From: Octopus sinensis
Taxonomy: Eukaryota
Assembly (NCBI RefSeq): GCF_006345805.1
Contig: NC_043003.1
Coordinates: forward strand, 75,888,001 to 75,952,000
Direction of reading: 5' to 3'
DNA length: 64,000 bases
Shown here one piece after another: positions 1 to 14,329 of the stretch. Under the pieces are notes generated by a model. It searched no databases. It had not been told where the DNA came from and saw only the letters and a list, made by a program, of their open reading frames with translations. Numbering within the stretch: position 1 is the stretch's first letter; each line of letters opens with the position of its first letter. The position numbers and the translations under genes are program-made.

Positions 1-366
1 AATACGATGGCTGGTCGTCTCGCCTCTACAAATTGGTCGCCCTCTATTAGAAGTACTCTATTAATCCACCACTACCTACAATGCAACAGTGATAACCACA
101 CTGAGGAGACCAATACATACAGAGGCATGAAAAAGTTTAAAAAGTGGAAACCAGAACTGAAAGCAAACCATTCATCGCAAATGAACAACCCACTTATATA
201 TAGAGGAATTGCTCTACCAGCATGTGAAACAATCGTCTTCATTTAATTTTCTAAAAAAAGTAGCAGCACTTCTGTATTACATACGGGATAATGTCGTATA
301 ATACACACATTGGCATATACACACCTACGCATAAAAGATTATGCATTTATATACATAATGCATGTA

Positions 367-435
<69 letters not shown>

Positions 436-939
436 GTAATATATGTATACATTATACATGCATATATACATATATAAACGTGTTAATGTGTTTGTGCTAG
501 TGCGTGTGTGCGCGCAGGCGTGTGTAAAAGTTTGAAAAGTTCCAATATTTTTATGTTATTTCCTTTTCGAAGTCATTCTTAATTTTATTAATTTAAAATT
601 CAATTGCTGTATTTGAATTTTCAGACTAATTGTGAAGCATTCATTGTTCGGCTTGTTTTATTATTTTTCCAATTCAGCATTTCTAAAGCAATGCTACAAA
701 TTTTACCCACTTTTAAACAAAAAGACTGAAGAATGTTGTACTTATGCATAATTATATTATTCAGTGTGGTTCGAACAAATTGCAGCAACTTAACTCATTA
801 TATGTTGACTACTCATGCTTTAAAATATCTGGAAACTACAGAAAATATTAATATTATTGTACATTTTTGTATTGACATAAGTAGATATGCATGTGTTTGT
901 GTGGGTGCAGTGTGCACGCGTGTGTAGTACCTACAGAGA

Positions 940-1026
<87 letters not shown>

Positions 1027-2113
1027 TGGATGTATGTATGATAGGAGTTATGTACATAGATAGCTAAAACGCTATATGGATAGAAAAAAAGTTGCTTCCA
1101 ATCATTTATCTGCCCGTCAATGCATGCATGTTTTCTCTTCTCCATTAAAGATCTATACTCGTCCAATTGTAAAAACATTTTAAGCCACCTTCTCGGTTAC
1201 AAAGATTTTAAAGAAAGCAAATCTCGTAAATGACTGTTTGTCCTCCTCTCCATGTTGTTTTTGTAATCTTACGCCATTATAATTTGTTGACCGTGCAACA
1301 TTTTAGTCGCTCCGATTGCGTTAGCAGTCAAGATTCTATCAATAAAGGGGATCGGTTCTTTCTCCCCAAATTCTACTCCACACTCGTTTCTACAAGGATA
1401 TTCAACTCGTCAATGAGAGAAGGAAATTTTCTTTATATTGGATATATTTTAACCCGTTGATGTCAAGTGAACAGCAATGTGTGAAAAGTAAGCAATTTAT
1501 TTCTTTTCTGGGATACCTGACAACACTATTGTAGTTTAATGTCAAGATTTGTTCCATTTTAAAAGCAATTTTTTATAGCTTCACATCAATCCACATGGAT
1601 AAATAATCAGTAGAGATCATTGTTTCACAACACTTACCAACAATGAGGATATCGTTTATAATTCTCTTTTTTTTTTCAGTTTTCTTCTGCGTCTTCTGAG
1701 AAATCTTTTCAGAGCTATTTATTCCTGTTTTGCGTGAAATATTTTCCAATTTGGGATTTCGAACTTGACAGTATTCTATGGCTAGCTTTTATGTAATTTA
1801 GTCCCATCGTGATCAGTACACTCGCATAACACTGTCAGCAAACCAATTTTTCTTTTCAATCTTTTGTTACATTTATTAAAAAACTTTCCCCAAAATCTGT
1901 TGTAAAATCTAATTCATCTTTACTTTCAGGCGTTTTTGATATTCCTTAGCTGCTCTAATGACACATGATTTTTGTACGATGGTTGCAGAGAATTTCTGGT
2001 CTGAAGATTTTTCTTCAGTGTTACGATTCTAATACAGATTTAAGGCTAGATATGTCGAAACTATTGTCGTAATTAATAAATATTCTCGTATACTCCACCT
2101 TCCGTCTTTTATT

Positions 2114-2146
<33 letters not shown>

Positions 2147-2165
2147 ACCACACATATATATTATT

Positions 2166-2196
<31 letters not shown>

Positions 2197-2300
2197 GTGT
2201 GTGTGTATATATATGTATATAATATAGGTAATATATATATACATATATATTATATACGTGTATGTATGTATATATATATATATAATATATATATATATTG

Positions 2301-2334
<34 letters not shown>

Positions 2335-2341
2335 TACATAC

Positions 2342-2372
<31 letters not shown>

Positions 2373-2454
2373 TATACTTGTACGTAAGTATAAATATATA
2401 GTATGTATGTATAATGTATAAAAATTAGTGATAAATAGGCAGATATACCGCAGA

Positions 2455-3105
2455 AAGAGGATTCAAGAATGCCAAACAACTCTTTTATGCTGAGTTAGCT
2501 AAAGGAGAACGACCCCACATAAACCCAAAAAGAGGTGTAAGGACTTGCTGAAAGCTTCCTTAAGAGATGCTTGCATCTCTCCTGACAGATGGGAAGGCAT
2601 AGCTATTAATCGTAGCAAGTGGAGAAGGATTGTGCGCGAGGGGACTGCTACTTTTGAGAAATCTCGAGTTGCGCATGAGAAAGTAAGAAGGGATGTCAAG
2701 AAGGGCATCGCTGTTACACTTCCAGATAGGAAGTGTCTTCCTATGATGCTGACATGCATTGTCTGTGCAAAACCCTGCTTCAGTAAAGCTGGACTCAGTC
2801 ATCTTCGTAGTCATAAAACGAGACAGATGAGTGACAACCCTGGCTACTGGTAGTGGTGTTAAACACCATACTAATCATATCTGTCAGGCATGTGGAAGAA
2901 AGTGTAATTCGGCAGGAGGACTTAAACGACATGCAAAGGTTCAGTTTGCAACTACAGCCGGCTATTACCGGTAAAGGTTTTAGCTGCCAATTCTGTATAA
3001 GACATTGTAGATCTTTAGCTGGGCTAAAATGTTACATTCGATCACAGCACCAATAATAGTTAAGGTTCGTACAATGGCCATACTCGATAACGAGGGGGCA
3101 GCGAT
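2455..3105 (+). mobile_element. RTE-clade (BovB-like) LINE, 3' fragment with C-terminal C2H2 zinc fingers
   Basis: Across frameshifts reads EDSRMP..LFYAELAKGER..K..KDLLKASLRDACISPDRWEGIAINRSKWRRIVREG, the typical RTE ORF C-terminus, followed by CxxC...H motifs. Ends next to a (TTA)n tract at ~3110-3185. Confidence 0.85.
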
Positions 3106-3106
3106 A

Positions 3107-3174
<68 letters not shown>

Positions 3175-5509
3175 TATTATCATTATTAGCGCTCACACAC
3201 ATAACATATAACATTTAAGTTGGAACTTAAGAACATTTGAAGGAAGAGGTGAAAATAAAGCATACATCTGATTGATAAATAGCTATACACATACTTCCCT
3301 TAGTACACAATCTGATCGATACATAACACACTTTGGCAACTCTAACTGTATATTCGTGATTTTATGGATTTGTGCTAGCATGTGTATATATGTATGTTTG
3401 CGTAATTGTGTGTATAGTATCGATGATAAATCTCAACATATAATTCTTCTAGATTTAGCAAAATCAATTTTTCGTTTTTTTCTTAATCTTTTATTTGTTT
3501 TTATACGTTTATATTTACTCTTTTTTGCTTTTGTGTTTTCTTCTTTCTAAAAATCTATCACGAATCCATTTGTGTGTATGCTATTTCGATCCTCACTTCT
3601 TCTCCCTCACAAACACCACATTCCACCCGTTTTACTCCACCACTGCAAAATGCCGAATTGCTAAATAACAACTATGTAATCTCTCAGGGAATTCGCCGAC
3701 TTTTGTTAGGAAATCGATACTTTCAAAGAAACACAAGTGAATAAATAGATATATAAAATACAATTACAAAACACAAAAATATAAAAGAAAACTGAGAAAA
3801 GAAAGCAATAACCTTATGAACCAAACTAGTTTACAAACTTTGTATTCTAGTTTTATATTATTATATCCCAGAGGCCACAAAAGATTCATAGAACATTATT
3901 CTAGGGTCACTTTTGAAGCTATATTGATTCGTCAAAAATAAATTTAATCCACCATTTGCGTTCTGCAAACCAGCATCATTTGCTACCCAACGGCTACTTT
4001 GTTCTGCCTTCCTTTATTCAATTGGTGCCATCTCTGCCGACCATACCAAGAAATACTGGCGCTGTTTGTATTAACAGTCATCATCATCATCATCATCATC
4101 ATCATCTTCCATCATTAAAATCAATAGCAGCAGGAATGATATAGTTGCGCATCTGCCTCAACACCGACAACCTCCCAACAACAATCACAGTTACACATAA
4201 TAGTATCATGAATAAACACAATAGGAATGGTAACACCAGCAGCATTTCTCAACGCTACAGCAATACATCTGAAAACAGCAACAATAATAACACGGAAAAT
4301 CGAGAGAAATATAAATAAAACAGATTACCTTGCTAGAATTACTAACTCTGGAGTGCAAGGGTCAAATTTAAGGTAGATGAAGTGTCGACGTAATGTATTG
4401 TGGTAGTTACTCCAGAAGAGGAAATAACTTGTTCTCTGTGCAATGCTAACATTTATAAATATAATAGCAGAATACCCGAACATATATTATATTTTATATC
4501 GAGCAAAAACGTACTTACAAAGAGGGTGAAGGTTTTTAGCAGTTCACAATTCCCTTTGTATTACACTCTGAACAAAACGAATTTGTCAAGAAGGTAAAAG
4601 ACGTTCTTTGTATTAGCAGTAGACATTAAATGTGATTACATTTTGAGAAACTTCCATACTATTCATCCCAGTTAGCTGCAATATTTCTGATTAACGATGC
4701 TATTACATGAAGCTGGAGAAACAAAATCTTCTCACCGGCTTCGAACAGAGAACGGTCACGTTTTGCGCATCACAAAGGAGCATATTTCATGCTAATCCTG
4801 TTACTAAATGATGTTGAGTGGAATGAACAGTCACAATAGTAAGCATTTGTTTCATACTCAAAACATGTAGACGATTATCTCCGAATATTTGTTGCCTATC
4901 AGCAGAGTATGAGGATCAAATGTAGCTACATAATTCTTTGATTAACATTTATTTCAGCGATACCGTCTTTAACTTGACAGTCTTTATAGGGGAGAAAGTT
5001 TGGAAATTGATAGAGGGAAATTGTATAAATAAATAAAGTTTATCATTTACCTAATGGAAAACCAAAATCTTAGCTCATGTTAGAAATAATAGGAATTTAC
5101 AGTGGCAGTTACATCTTCAATTATTGCTGCAAGGCTTCTTCTGTGGCAAAACAGCTCACAGTACTTTGAAATTGAATCTTACCATTAAGGATATAACTAT
5201 TTGTAACATTAGCAAAGGAGCATGAGCAGCAGAGGCACTAAAGTAATTTTTGATATAATCAAGAATTATTGCCATTTGTCGCATAAAGTTGTTTTCACGA
5301 GGTTTCAATTGAAACATTATAGATATCAAGATTGCAAATTATTTTCTCGATAGAAAATGTACACTTTGCTGGTGACTTTTGCATGTTTATGGCAATCATT
5401 CTAAAAGCAAAAACAGAACTGATGAAATTAAAACGTGTTTAAAATACTTACATTCGAGGAAGAATGTTTAGAAACGCAAAACCCCTCTTAGCAAAGATCA
5501 AAACTTCTT

Positions 5510-8200
5510 TTCTTCTAAACGCATTCGCTCGCTACAAAGGACTTACGCCACTGAAAACGTATGAGCTACTAGAATCAAATAGACGTTAGGCAGAAGCCAA
5601 TAGGTGACAATGGTCATTAGACTTAAAACTGGCGGACATATTGAAGAAAACAAGAGTGTGGAAAGGAATTCAGACGTTCAGAGATGCGAGGGAAGAAACT
5701 GGTTCTGTAAAGTACTTTACAACACTTAGGAGGTTGCACAGGATACTGGTGAGAACTGGATGCAAGTCTAGTTGATCGCTGATAAGTTCTTAAAAGAGGA
5801 ACCAGAGAAGAGAGTTCAGCTGAACTATGACCATGAAAATACTTATAGAAAAGAGACAAGGAAACAACAGGACGCCGATGAGAGAGTGAATCCAATTTAA
5901 ATGATAGATCAGAACCAATAACATTACAAATACGGTGCTGAATGCGGTCCAACAGAGTTAAACAATCTACAGGAACACCTGCTCATATGTAACAATAGTA
6001 CTCAATACAGGGGAGAATTGTGGACTTTCAAACATAACGAATAGTCTCAGAAGAGAGATAACTCCTCGAATGGAGGAGTGAGTCTACCTTCATTGCAGCC
6101 GATTTGGCAATAGATTCAACGTAAGTCCCCCAAGAAAGATCATTACAGAAAGTCATTTCTAGGAGACCAAGAGAACGACTCTCGGGTAAGTCATTACCGC
6201 CTATCGAAATCAATGGCAAGAAGGGATGTCTGAAGCGATTAATTGAAAAAATATATAGTTTTCGATGGATTGAACGTTACAAGCCATTTTCTACTCCACT
6301 CAACAATAGACCGAATATTATTCTCAAGGTTAGCAGCGATCTCATTCCTATCGGAGTAGTCATCAGATTTGTCTAAACAAGAGTACAAAGAAAAGTCATC
6401 AGCATAGATTACCAGCTGATAGATGTTATGATCAGGTAGATCATTGATAAAAAGAAGAAAGGAAGTTGGGCCCAGGAGAGATCTTTGAGGTACCCCAGGA
6501 TTAAGAGAAGAACTAGATGAAGATTGACCATCAAGAACAACCTTGATCCTACAGTATCAAAGGAAAGACGAGATGATGTTAAGCATGGAACATGATACAC
6601 CAAAGAATTGAAGCTTCCATAGAAGTTCAGGATGCCAGATCCTATCAAATTCCTTAGAGATATCAAGACTACCTGCTCTAGCTTGAACTGTTACATTTAA
6701 GGTACGATAAACACGCTTGGTTATAACAGTACACTGTTCTGCACGGAAACCATATTGAGAGTCAGAGAATAGACGATTTGTGTCAAGATATTTCACAAGA
6801 AAGTCATTAATCTCGAACACCTTACTGTTGACTGGTAGTTGACTAATTGGTCTATAATTACGAGGATTAGATCGATCACCACAGTTCTTAAAGACACGAG
6901 GAACAGTTTGAAATTTCCATAAAGAAGGAAAGCAAGATTCTGAGATACACTTTCCGAAGAGCCTAGATAAGACAGAAGATAACTCAGGCGAACACTTCTG
7001 AAGAGCAATGACTGGAATACTATCAGGTCCAGTTGCTTCACATGGATGCAACTGTGCCACAATGGCCGTAGCCTTAGCAAAAGTAATATGACAGCTGTGT
7101 AACAGTGTATCAGTTTGGAGGAAAACATCAGGAAATGGATGACCAGCGTCATCGAGAATAGAGTGAGAAATCAACGGTTGAGCAAAGAGTTCTGCTTTAT
7201 CTTTATCTGTTGTCAAGACCTCAGGTCTGTTGAATAAAGGAGGAATAAAAGACTTATTATTACCCCTGGCACTTTTGATAATTCTCCTGAAGTCACAAGA
7301 GCCTGCGATGATATACAATCATGAATGTGCCGCTCGTAGTCTAATTTAGCATCACGAATGATAGCCCTACGGTGATTGCGACCATTGGTGAAAAGGTGTC
7401 TATTCAATGCAGAATCATCTCACTGAAGCTGGTGAAAAAAAGGATTATGATGGGCAACAGCAGCAGCACCAGCAGAAGAAAACCAGGGTGTGGAATGCGG
7501 CTTCAGCTGATATTTGCGAGATGGTATGAAGGTGTTCATTAACTTACTATTGTGTATGAGTTCATTACAAAAATCATCTATATTTCAAATGCATTCACTC
7601 TTGTTTTAGACATCCATGTAGGCACTAGTAAATATACATAGTTTGCATCGTCATAAGCTGACCTAGTGGAATACCAAATACAATACATCTACGTGGAAGG
7701 CTACATCTAGTAACCAAATAGTGTGGAAACGTTGTTTGTGCGTTTACTGAATAGGTTGTCTCATCAATGTTATAGGGAATGCATATAATTTTATACATTC
7801 AACAGTACTTGCACTTTCCCCCTGGCAGCGCGTTATAGCGACCTCTCTCAGATCGCAACAAGTTTTCTTTCAACAAGTTTTAACTTCAACAACTTCACTC
7901 TCAACAACTTTTCACTAACATAAATTCACTGGTCTGCAATTTGTGGTTGGTAATTAGTTGAGGAAGATTAGCATATGGAACGTGAAATATATGTAGGTGC
8001 AGACCACATTCAAATTGAATTTTGAAGACAGTAGATGTGGACTCTAGATAAGAGTCCTGAGATTTGTGACTCAGGAAGATGTGTGATTTGGCTGTTAGTA
8101 AGAGGTGACTTGTACATTCTATTTGCTTTGATGTCAGGAATGTTAGAGAATACAACGAAGAATCGTCTAGTGAGATGAATGATATTTTTTGAATTAAAAT
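5510..8200 (-). mobile_element. Decayed non-LTR retrotransposon (CR1/L2/Jockey group), endonuclease-RT relic
   Basis: Minus-strand motifs: NYRPISQLPVNSKVFE, SQYGFR, SLDISKEFDRIWH (ORF 6557-7318); GVPQRSLLGPT..FINDL and IYADD (~6395-6500); C-terminal SLSLFYKYFHGHSSAELSSLVP...SFFPR (ORF 5623-5952). Many stops and frameshifts. Clade not resolvable by eye; the 5' boundary is approximate. Confidence 0.88.
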
Positions 8201-9523
8201 AAAATGTTCAGGCATTCGACTTGATATTGGTCAGAGTTACAAGCTTCCACGAGAGGAAACTGTGCTAATAGAAACCGTGTGACAGGAGGTGAAGTTAAAC
8301 AGGAGGCATAATTTACTAAGCCATTTCCAATAGAATCGATTATCATGCATACAGGACTACATTTCAGAAGAGGGGAGAAAATTGGAATAGTTTCAACCGA
8401 TTCAAAAATTCGTACTTTAACATTTACCTTTATTTTTACAAAAGTAAGGAATAAGTGCAATGAGAGGTTTATTCTTGGCAGATTTAATTTTTTTTTATAT
8501 ATATGAATTGCAAATATATACACATCATTACTTTTATGCTATGGTGTTTCAAGTGCATATATTGATATGTCTGGTAAACTGACCCGCGAATATGTTATTG
8601 CTTTGTTTATTACAATCAATATTTCAACAAAAGTTCAGAATGACATGGATTTTGTTACTGAGGAAAGAATCTTGTCTTCGATACTGATATCTAACGATCT
8701 GCTAGCATGATTCTGTACGAGAACTTTGTAATCCACACAGTCTGATGCGAGACATTTCTCTCGAGGAAATTCGCATGTTCGTATATTTTGGTTTTTTAGA
8801 TTAAAATTGCTCATCGAAAGAAGATTGTCACTAACACACTTTTACTGACCAGTTAAAAACTATATTAACCAGTTCTTAAATTTGGGTAAAAATATTTTGA
8901 TTCTACAGACTGTCACTTAAAAATTTACTATGTATATATGTATGGGAGAATTAAGTAAATCAAATCTCGTGTAAGGTATTGTTTAACGTTTGATCTTTAA
9001 CAGGCCTCCGGTATGTGCGTGCGTCTGTGTGTGTGCGCGCGTGTACATACACATACACACGCACAGACATATATACGCACATGTGTATATACATATATAT
9101 ATATATATATATATAGGAAAACACATATGGTGGAAATTAGGCAAAATCTATAGATATATATCAGCGATTTCTATTTGGAAAAAGGAAATGTTTTAGAATA
9201 CGTGCCAAAAACACACATACACTCATATTCTTCGTATTCAGAAAACTCTTCTTTATCTCAGAACAAAAATGTCACTGGAGCAGGTGTTTATCGAATATCT
9301 ATAACATCACATAATCACAAAAATACAAGTTCTTTATTTTTTGAAACAAGTTGTCTCTGCATACATATGTGTAAATGTGTAAGTGAGTGCGTGTATGCTC
9401 ATATTTGCGTCTGTGTGCAGGGACGTGTCTATGCGTGTGTCTCTGAGGTATTTGCACACATTTGTATTTATATATAAACATATATATATACACCCATACA
9501 CACATATATAAATACACATATGC

Positions 9524-9584
<61 letters not shown>

Positions 9585-10209
9585 CATATATTTCCCAAGG
9601 GAGTGAGAGATACAAAAAGAAATACTGTGCATGTATGTGAATGTCTGTGTGTGTATATGTGTGTTCTTTAAATTTGATCTTCGACTGTGTGTACTTTCTT
9701 CTTGTTACAGATTATAACTGTTTTCATGACAAAATATCGTGTCATACTATTTAAGATAACTCATCTTCAGTTGCAATATTTATATCTGTCAAACTATCAA
9801 CAATTTCTCAGCATTCTCACTAAGATATACAATATAACAAAAGACTAAGACTAACACAAATAATTGTTATAGAATAGATAACATTAGATATCAACTTATG
9901 CAAGATTCTTAACCAATGATTGTAACATTATGCAACGCAGTATTTCCAAAACACACTCATATGATGCACACATGAACATATATGCTTGCGTGTAAAAATG
10001 TGCATGCAATGAGACTGACTAATCATTTTTTTACCTCTGTTTACACTTCCACACCTATGCGTATAATATGTGTGTGAGACAAGTGAAGATGGAGATAACA
10101 TAAAAATATAAAGTTAAATATGCACAGATATATATATACATACATACTTTTATATATATATATACACACATATATATAGTTCAAAATTACAAAAAAAGCA
10201 AACAAAACA

Positions 10210-10271
<62 letters not shown>

Positions 10272-10330
10272 CTTTTATATATATACACACATATATATAG
10301 TTGAAATTTAAAGAAAACAACAAACAAAAC

Positions 10331-10391
<61 letters not shown>

Positions 10392-10933
10392 ATACTTATC
10401 AAAATAAGCAACAAGGATATCCAGAGTTAATGCAGTACGATAGTTTCACGCAACTCCATTTATTTGAACAATGCAATCATTACATCAATTTAAATGCAGA
10501 GCATCTTCAGCTGCACAAAGACATTGAATTTAATTAATTTAAACACATGGACACATTACCGTATTTTACCTAAAATCTCCAAGAAGTTAAAGAGATAGAC
10601 AACATGCTGCCTTCCCTTCAGCTTATAAGCTACTAAGATATCAAGAAGAAAGGCTTGTTACAGATTTTTTGCTTGTCACCGTTTTTTATGGGGTCAGTTT
10701 TAATTCATAGACTAGTTTTATCAAATTATTTTATATCTAAGGCTGCGAGGACAAGGGGCAGTGTCTGTTAGGGGTAGGGCTGAGAGAGCAGACGGCAATC
10801 ATAGTGGGTATAGTCATAAAAATCATACTTTATTAGAAGCAATATCATGAGGTTTGGTAAAGAAAACTTAAATCAAAATGTTAGCTGACAATTAAGTACC
10901 ATATTCTTCTGAATCAATCCATATATATATATA

Positions 10934-11610
10934 CAGCGTGCAGAATATATAACACAAGTAACACAAAATTGAGAATAAAACTATTATATTTACCGAAATT
11001 ACATGAAAAGATCTTGAAATACTAAAGAGTAAATTTATTCACTAAAATCGCCATGGCTTCAACCACGGTCTCCAGAAAACTTCGGAATCTGCTGCAATTC
11101 TTCTGGACGGTTTCCTTGTTTCAGTTTGTTAATGCTGCCATAATCCTTGCATTCAGTTCATCTTTGGTGTTTGAAGGAGTTTTGTTGATCTTTCTCTCAA
11201 CTGCACACCTCATGTAATAATCAGTGGTGTTGAAGTCTGGAGCGTTAGGGTCCAGGTGTTAGGGGTGTGGGTCGGACAAACTGTCAGCCTACCATGACTG
11301 AGGTCTCTTGCTTGTGTTACATAGTGCAGAGTCCTATTGCCAGATATAGGATCTTCCAGCCTCTTGACCCAGTGCAGCACTACCTCCTCCATGCACTGGA
11401 TGTAAGCTTCCGTGTTGAGTCTGAGGCAGTATGGGAGGACGAATGGAGTTATAACGTCGCCATCACTCCAAATACTATGCTGTTGACTGCATGATTGATT
11501 TGTATCACTCTCGGTACATATTTTGGGGACACGGCAAGGCAACAGTTGTTCTGTGTTTTCACTATCTGACCCTAGCAAAAGTGTTCCTCGCCTGAGAAAC
11601 ACCAAAGCGT
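10934..11610 (-). mobile_element. Tc1/mariner superfamily, maT/DD37D-like transposase, catalytic/3' part with terminal repeat end
   Basis: Minus strand across frameshifts: F.GEEHFC (FSDE-like), DGDVITPFVLPYCLRLNTEAYIQCMEEVVL.WVKR, a QDSA..VT motif, and PLDYY-like...KINKTPSNTKDELNARIMAALTN..KETVQKNCSRFRSFLETVVEA. Ends at TA-CAGCGTG (10932-10940). Confidence 0.8.
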
Positions 11611-11629
11611 GTTCGATTGGAGAGGATGC

Positions 11630-12107
11630 TTAAGTTTGTTCAAAAGCTTCGTAGCGCGGTCTTTAACTGTTGAAGAACCAGCACAGAAATTCGGATGTGG
11701 TCATTCAAGCGAGCGCTAGAAGAAAAACGGCAATCATTGGTTTCAAGAATGCTCGGCCATATACAGCGAAGATGACATTCCAAAGGTTGGAGCAGTTTCA
11801 ATGAGAAATGATGCCCCACCCGCCATATTCGCACGACATTGTCCCATCTGATTATAATTTATTCCACTGTCTTCAAAATAATTTGGACTGAAGATATATG
11901 AATTCTGTAGACGAGGCCAGACCAGAACTGGAGGAGTATTTTTCGTGACGTACAAGTGAATTTTGGAAGTGGAGCCTTGCAAGTCTATCAGATAGATGGA
12001 TGTGCATTGTAGAAAAACAAAGAAATATTTTAGATGAAAAAGAACATTGATTATCTTCATTTGGAAAATAACAGGTATGCAAAATTGCATTATGGGATGA
12101 CCCAATA
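11630..12107 (+). mobile_element. mariner (DD34D-type) transposase 3' fragment
   Basis: Reads NARPYTAKMTFQRLEQF..EMMPHPPYSHDIVPSDYNLFHCLQNNL (mariner HPPYSPDLAPSDY motif) ...DRW..IVE. Ends in a TIR-like ...GGGATGACCCAATA next to TA. Confidence 0.85.
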
Positions 12108-12131
12108 TATATACATATATGCATCACTTTG

Positions 12132-12183
<52 letters not shown>

Positions 12184-12189
12184 ATGCTG

Positions 12190-12480
12190 TGATCGGCTCA
12201 CGATCGTAAGGTTGTGAGTTCAATTCCTGGCGACGCGTTGTGTCCTTGAGCAAGACATTTAATTTCACGATGCTCCAGTCCACACAGCTGGAGAAAATGA
12301 ATAGTACTTATATTTCAAAGTGCCTGTCTCGTCACACTTTGCGTCACGCTGGATCTCCCTGATAACTAGGTTAAGGGTACGCGTGTCTGTGGAGTGCTCA
12401 GCCACTTGCACGTTCATTTCACGAGCAAGCAGTTCCGCCGATTCGTATCAGCTGGGTTTCTCGTTATCTCAACCAAACGA
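12190..12480 (+). mobile_element. tRNA-derived SINE (head partly lost)
   Basis: Pol III B-box GAGTTCAATTCC at 12216-12227, followed by GTGTCCTTGAGCAAGACA, a motif typical of metazoan SINE central domains. Confidence 0.6.
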
Positions 12481-12664
12481 GTGCTCATGTGTGTGTGTGT
12501 GTTGTATGCATGTGTGTGTGTAAGTGTCTGTGTGTGCGTATGTGTGTGATTGTCTGGGTATGTACATAGATATATACATATATGTTTGTGTGTGTGTGTA
12601 TATATATGTATATAAATACATTTTTCTTTCCTCTTTTATCTTTTCCTTGCTTCTCTCATTTAAC

Positions 12665-13150
12665 TGTGATTATGTTGGGGCACCGACTTGAAAAAGCTTA
12701 GTTCAACCAAACGACCCCAATACTTTTTTTTCTTATTTTAATCCTGATAATTATTGTATCGGTTCCTTTGACCAACCGTTCAGTTCCGAAAAGTAAACTC
12801 ACAATCAAGCGGCAGTGGGCAGTCAGACACAGACACGTCCACGCGCGCGCGTTAAACACACACACACACACATGTGTATGTGTAAATGTATGCATGCTTG
12901 TATGTATTTGTGTGCGTGGGTGTCTGTCTGAATGCGTGTTTGTCCGTGTGTGTGTGTGTGTGGAGGTGCGTGGTTTAGTGTTTACGGTCGATGGACTCAT
13001 CTTCGTAAAATTATGGCTTCGATTCCTTGGACCGCGCAACACATTGTGTTCTTCATTTCACGTTGCTCCAATCCACCCAGTTCAAAAATGAGTGACCCTT
13101 CAACGGACCAGCTCCCCGTGAAGCTGGTGAATTTATACGCCATGAAACCG
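12665..13150 (-). mobile_element. Old copy of the microsatellite-containing SINE family
   Basis: Degenerate reverse complement of the family at 46657-47055 (GCACCG.C...CGACCCCA..ACTT...TATCGGT...AACCG), with an internal (CA/GT)n tract. Confidence 0.55.
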
Positions 13151-13193
13151 GGAATCTAAATTTACCATTCCACATATATGTACACACACACAC

Positions 13194-13282
<89 letters not shown>

Positions 13283-13770
13283 GTAACTACATATATCTAC
13301 GAATAATTTACGCTTATATATATGCGTATGCATGTATGTGTGTATCTATGTATATGCATGTATCTATGTATATAGTATAAACATTCCAGTAATCGTACAC
13401 ATAAATATATATATATATATCATAATGTTATTCAGACACAACTAATAATTAGAGCGACATATATTGATACTTTGGACTAAACCAGCGTGTGAATACAGAG
13501 ATTAATATAGATGAATGAATTGCAAGAGCATGGGTGATATATAATCACTTTATTATCTTAAAACTGTTTCTTCTAGAAGAAACTCTCAAACCTAAAATCT
13601 CGTGCGATATCCCGTAGGTGCCGTGCATCCATTTCATTTCAATGGGTTCAGAGATGCTGAATGATGCTGCACTATGACTCAGATTATAGTGCCATCTTCT
13701 GATAGCCTTGATCAATTATTTACGTGTATCTGTGTACATGTATATATTCATATATGCACACACATGCACC

Positions 13771-13913
13771 CATACATACATACATACATACATACATACA
13801 TACATACATACATACATACATACATACATACACACATACATACATACACATACATACATACATACATACATACATACATACATACATACATACATACATA
13901 CATACATACATAC
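13771..13913. repeat. (TACA)n tetranucleotide microsatellite
   Basis: Directly visible; generates the YIHT/MYVC pseudo-ORFs. Confidence 0.97.
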
Positions 13914-14329
13914 AGGGCATTTAGAAAAACATGCCTAGGCAAGTGTCTTCACGGCTTGAAGAAATTAATAGCTCGTATCTTTATAGCGTACGTTATCTGA
14001 TATTTAGCTCTCGCTGGGCGGTGTGCGTTTTGTTGATAAGCGGAAGACCATAATTTATTGTGTGTGTATGTATGCGTGTGTTTGAGTATGTACTATGTAG
14101 GTATATACGTATGTATATGTGTATATACTGTGTAATTGAATATTTTCGATAACATAAATTACAATTTTTTAAAATTGATATAGCTTCTCTATATAACATT
14201 TATGTAAAACCTAACGCTAGAAATTATAAATATGTTATCTGATATAAGATATCATGATCACCATATTTGAATAGAAAAAATTATGTGGACTAATCGATAT
14301 CCAATGACAGATATAACTTCTTCTACACC

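Noticed and set aside
1100-1230. LKIYTRPI-like motif suggesting a CR1 C-terminal relic
   Set aside because: Too short and degenerate to support.
9715-9775. CTGAAGA...GAAA spacing on the minus strand
   Set aside because: No closing stem II pair or stem I complement; a chance match.
12190-12230. tRNA-like A/B box sequences here and at other SINE heads
   Set aside because: No complete cloverleaf; they continue into SINE bodies, so they are not called tRNA genes.
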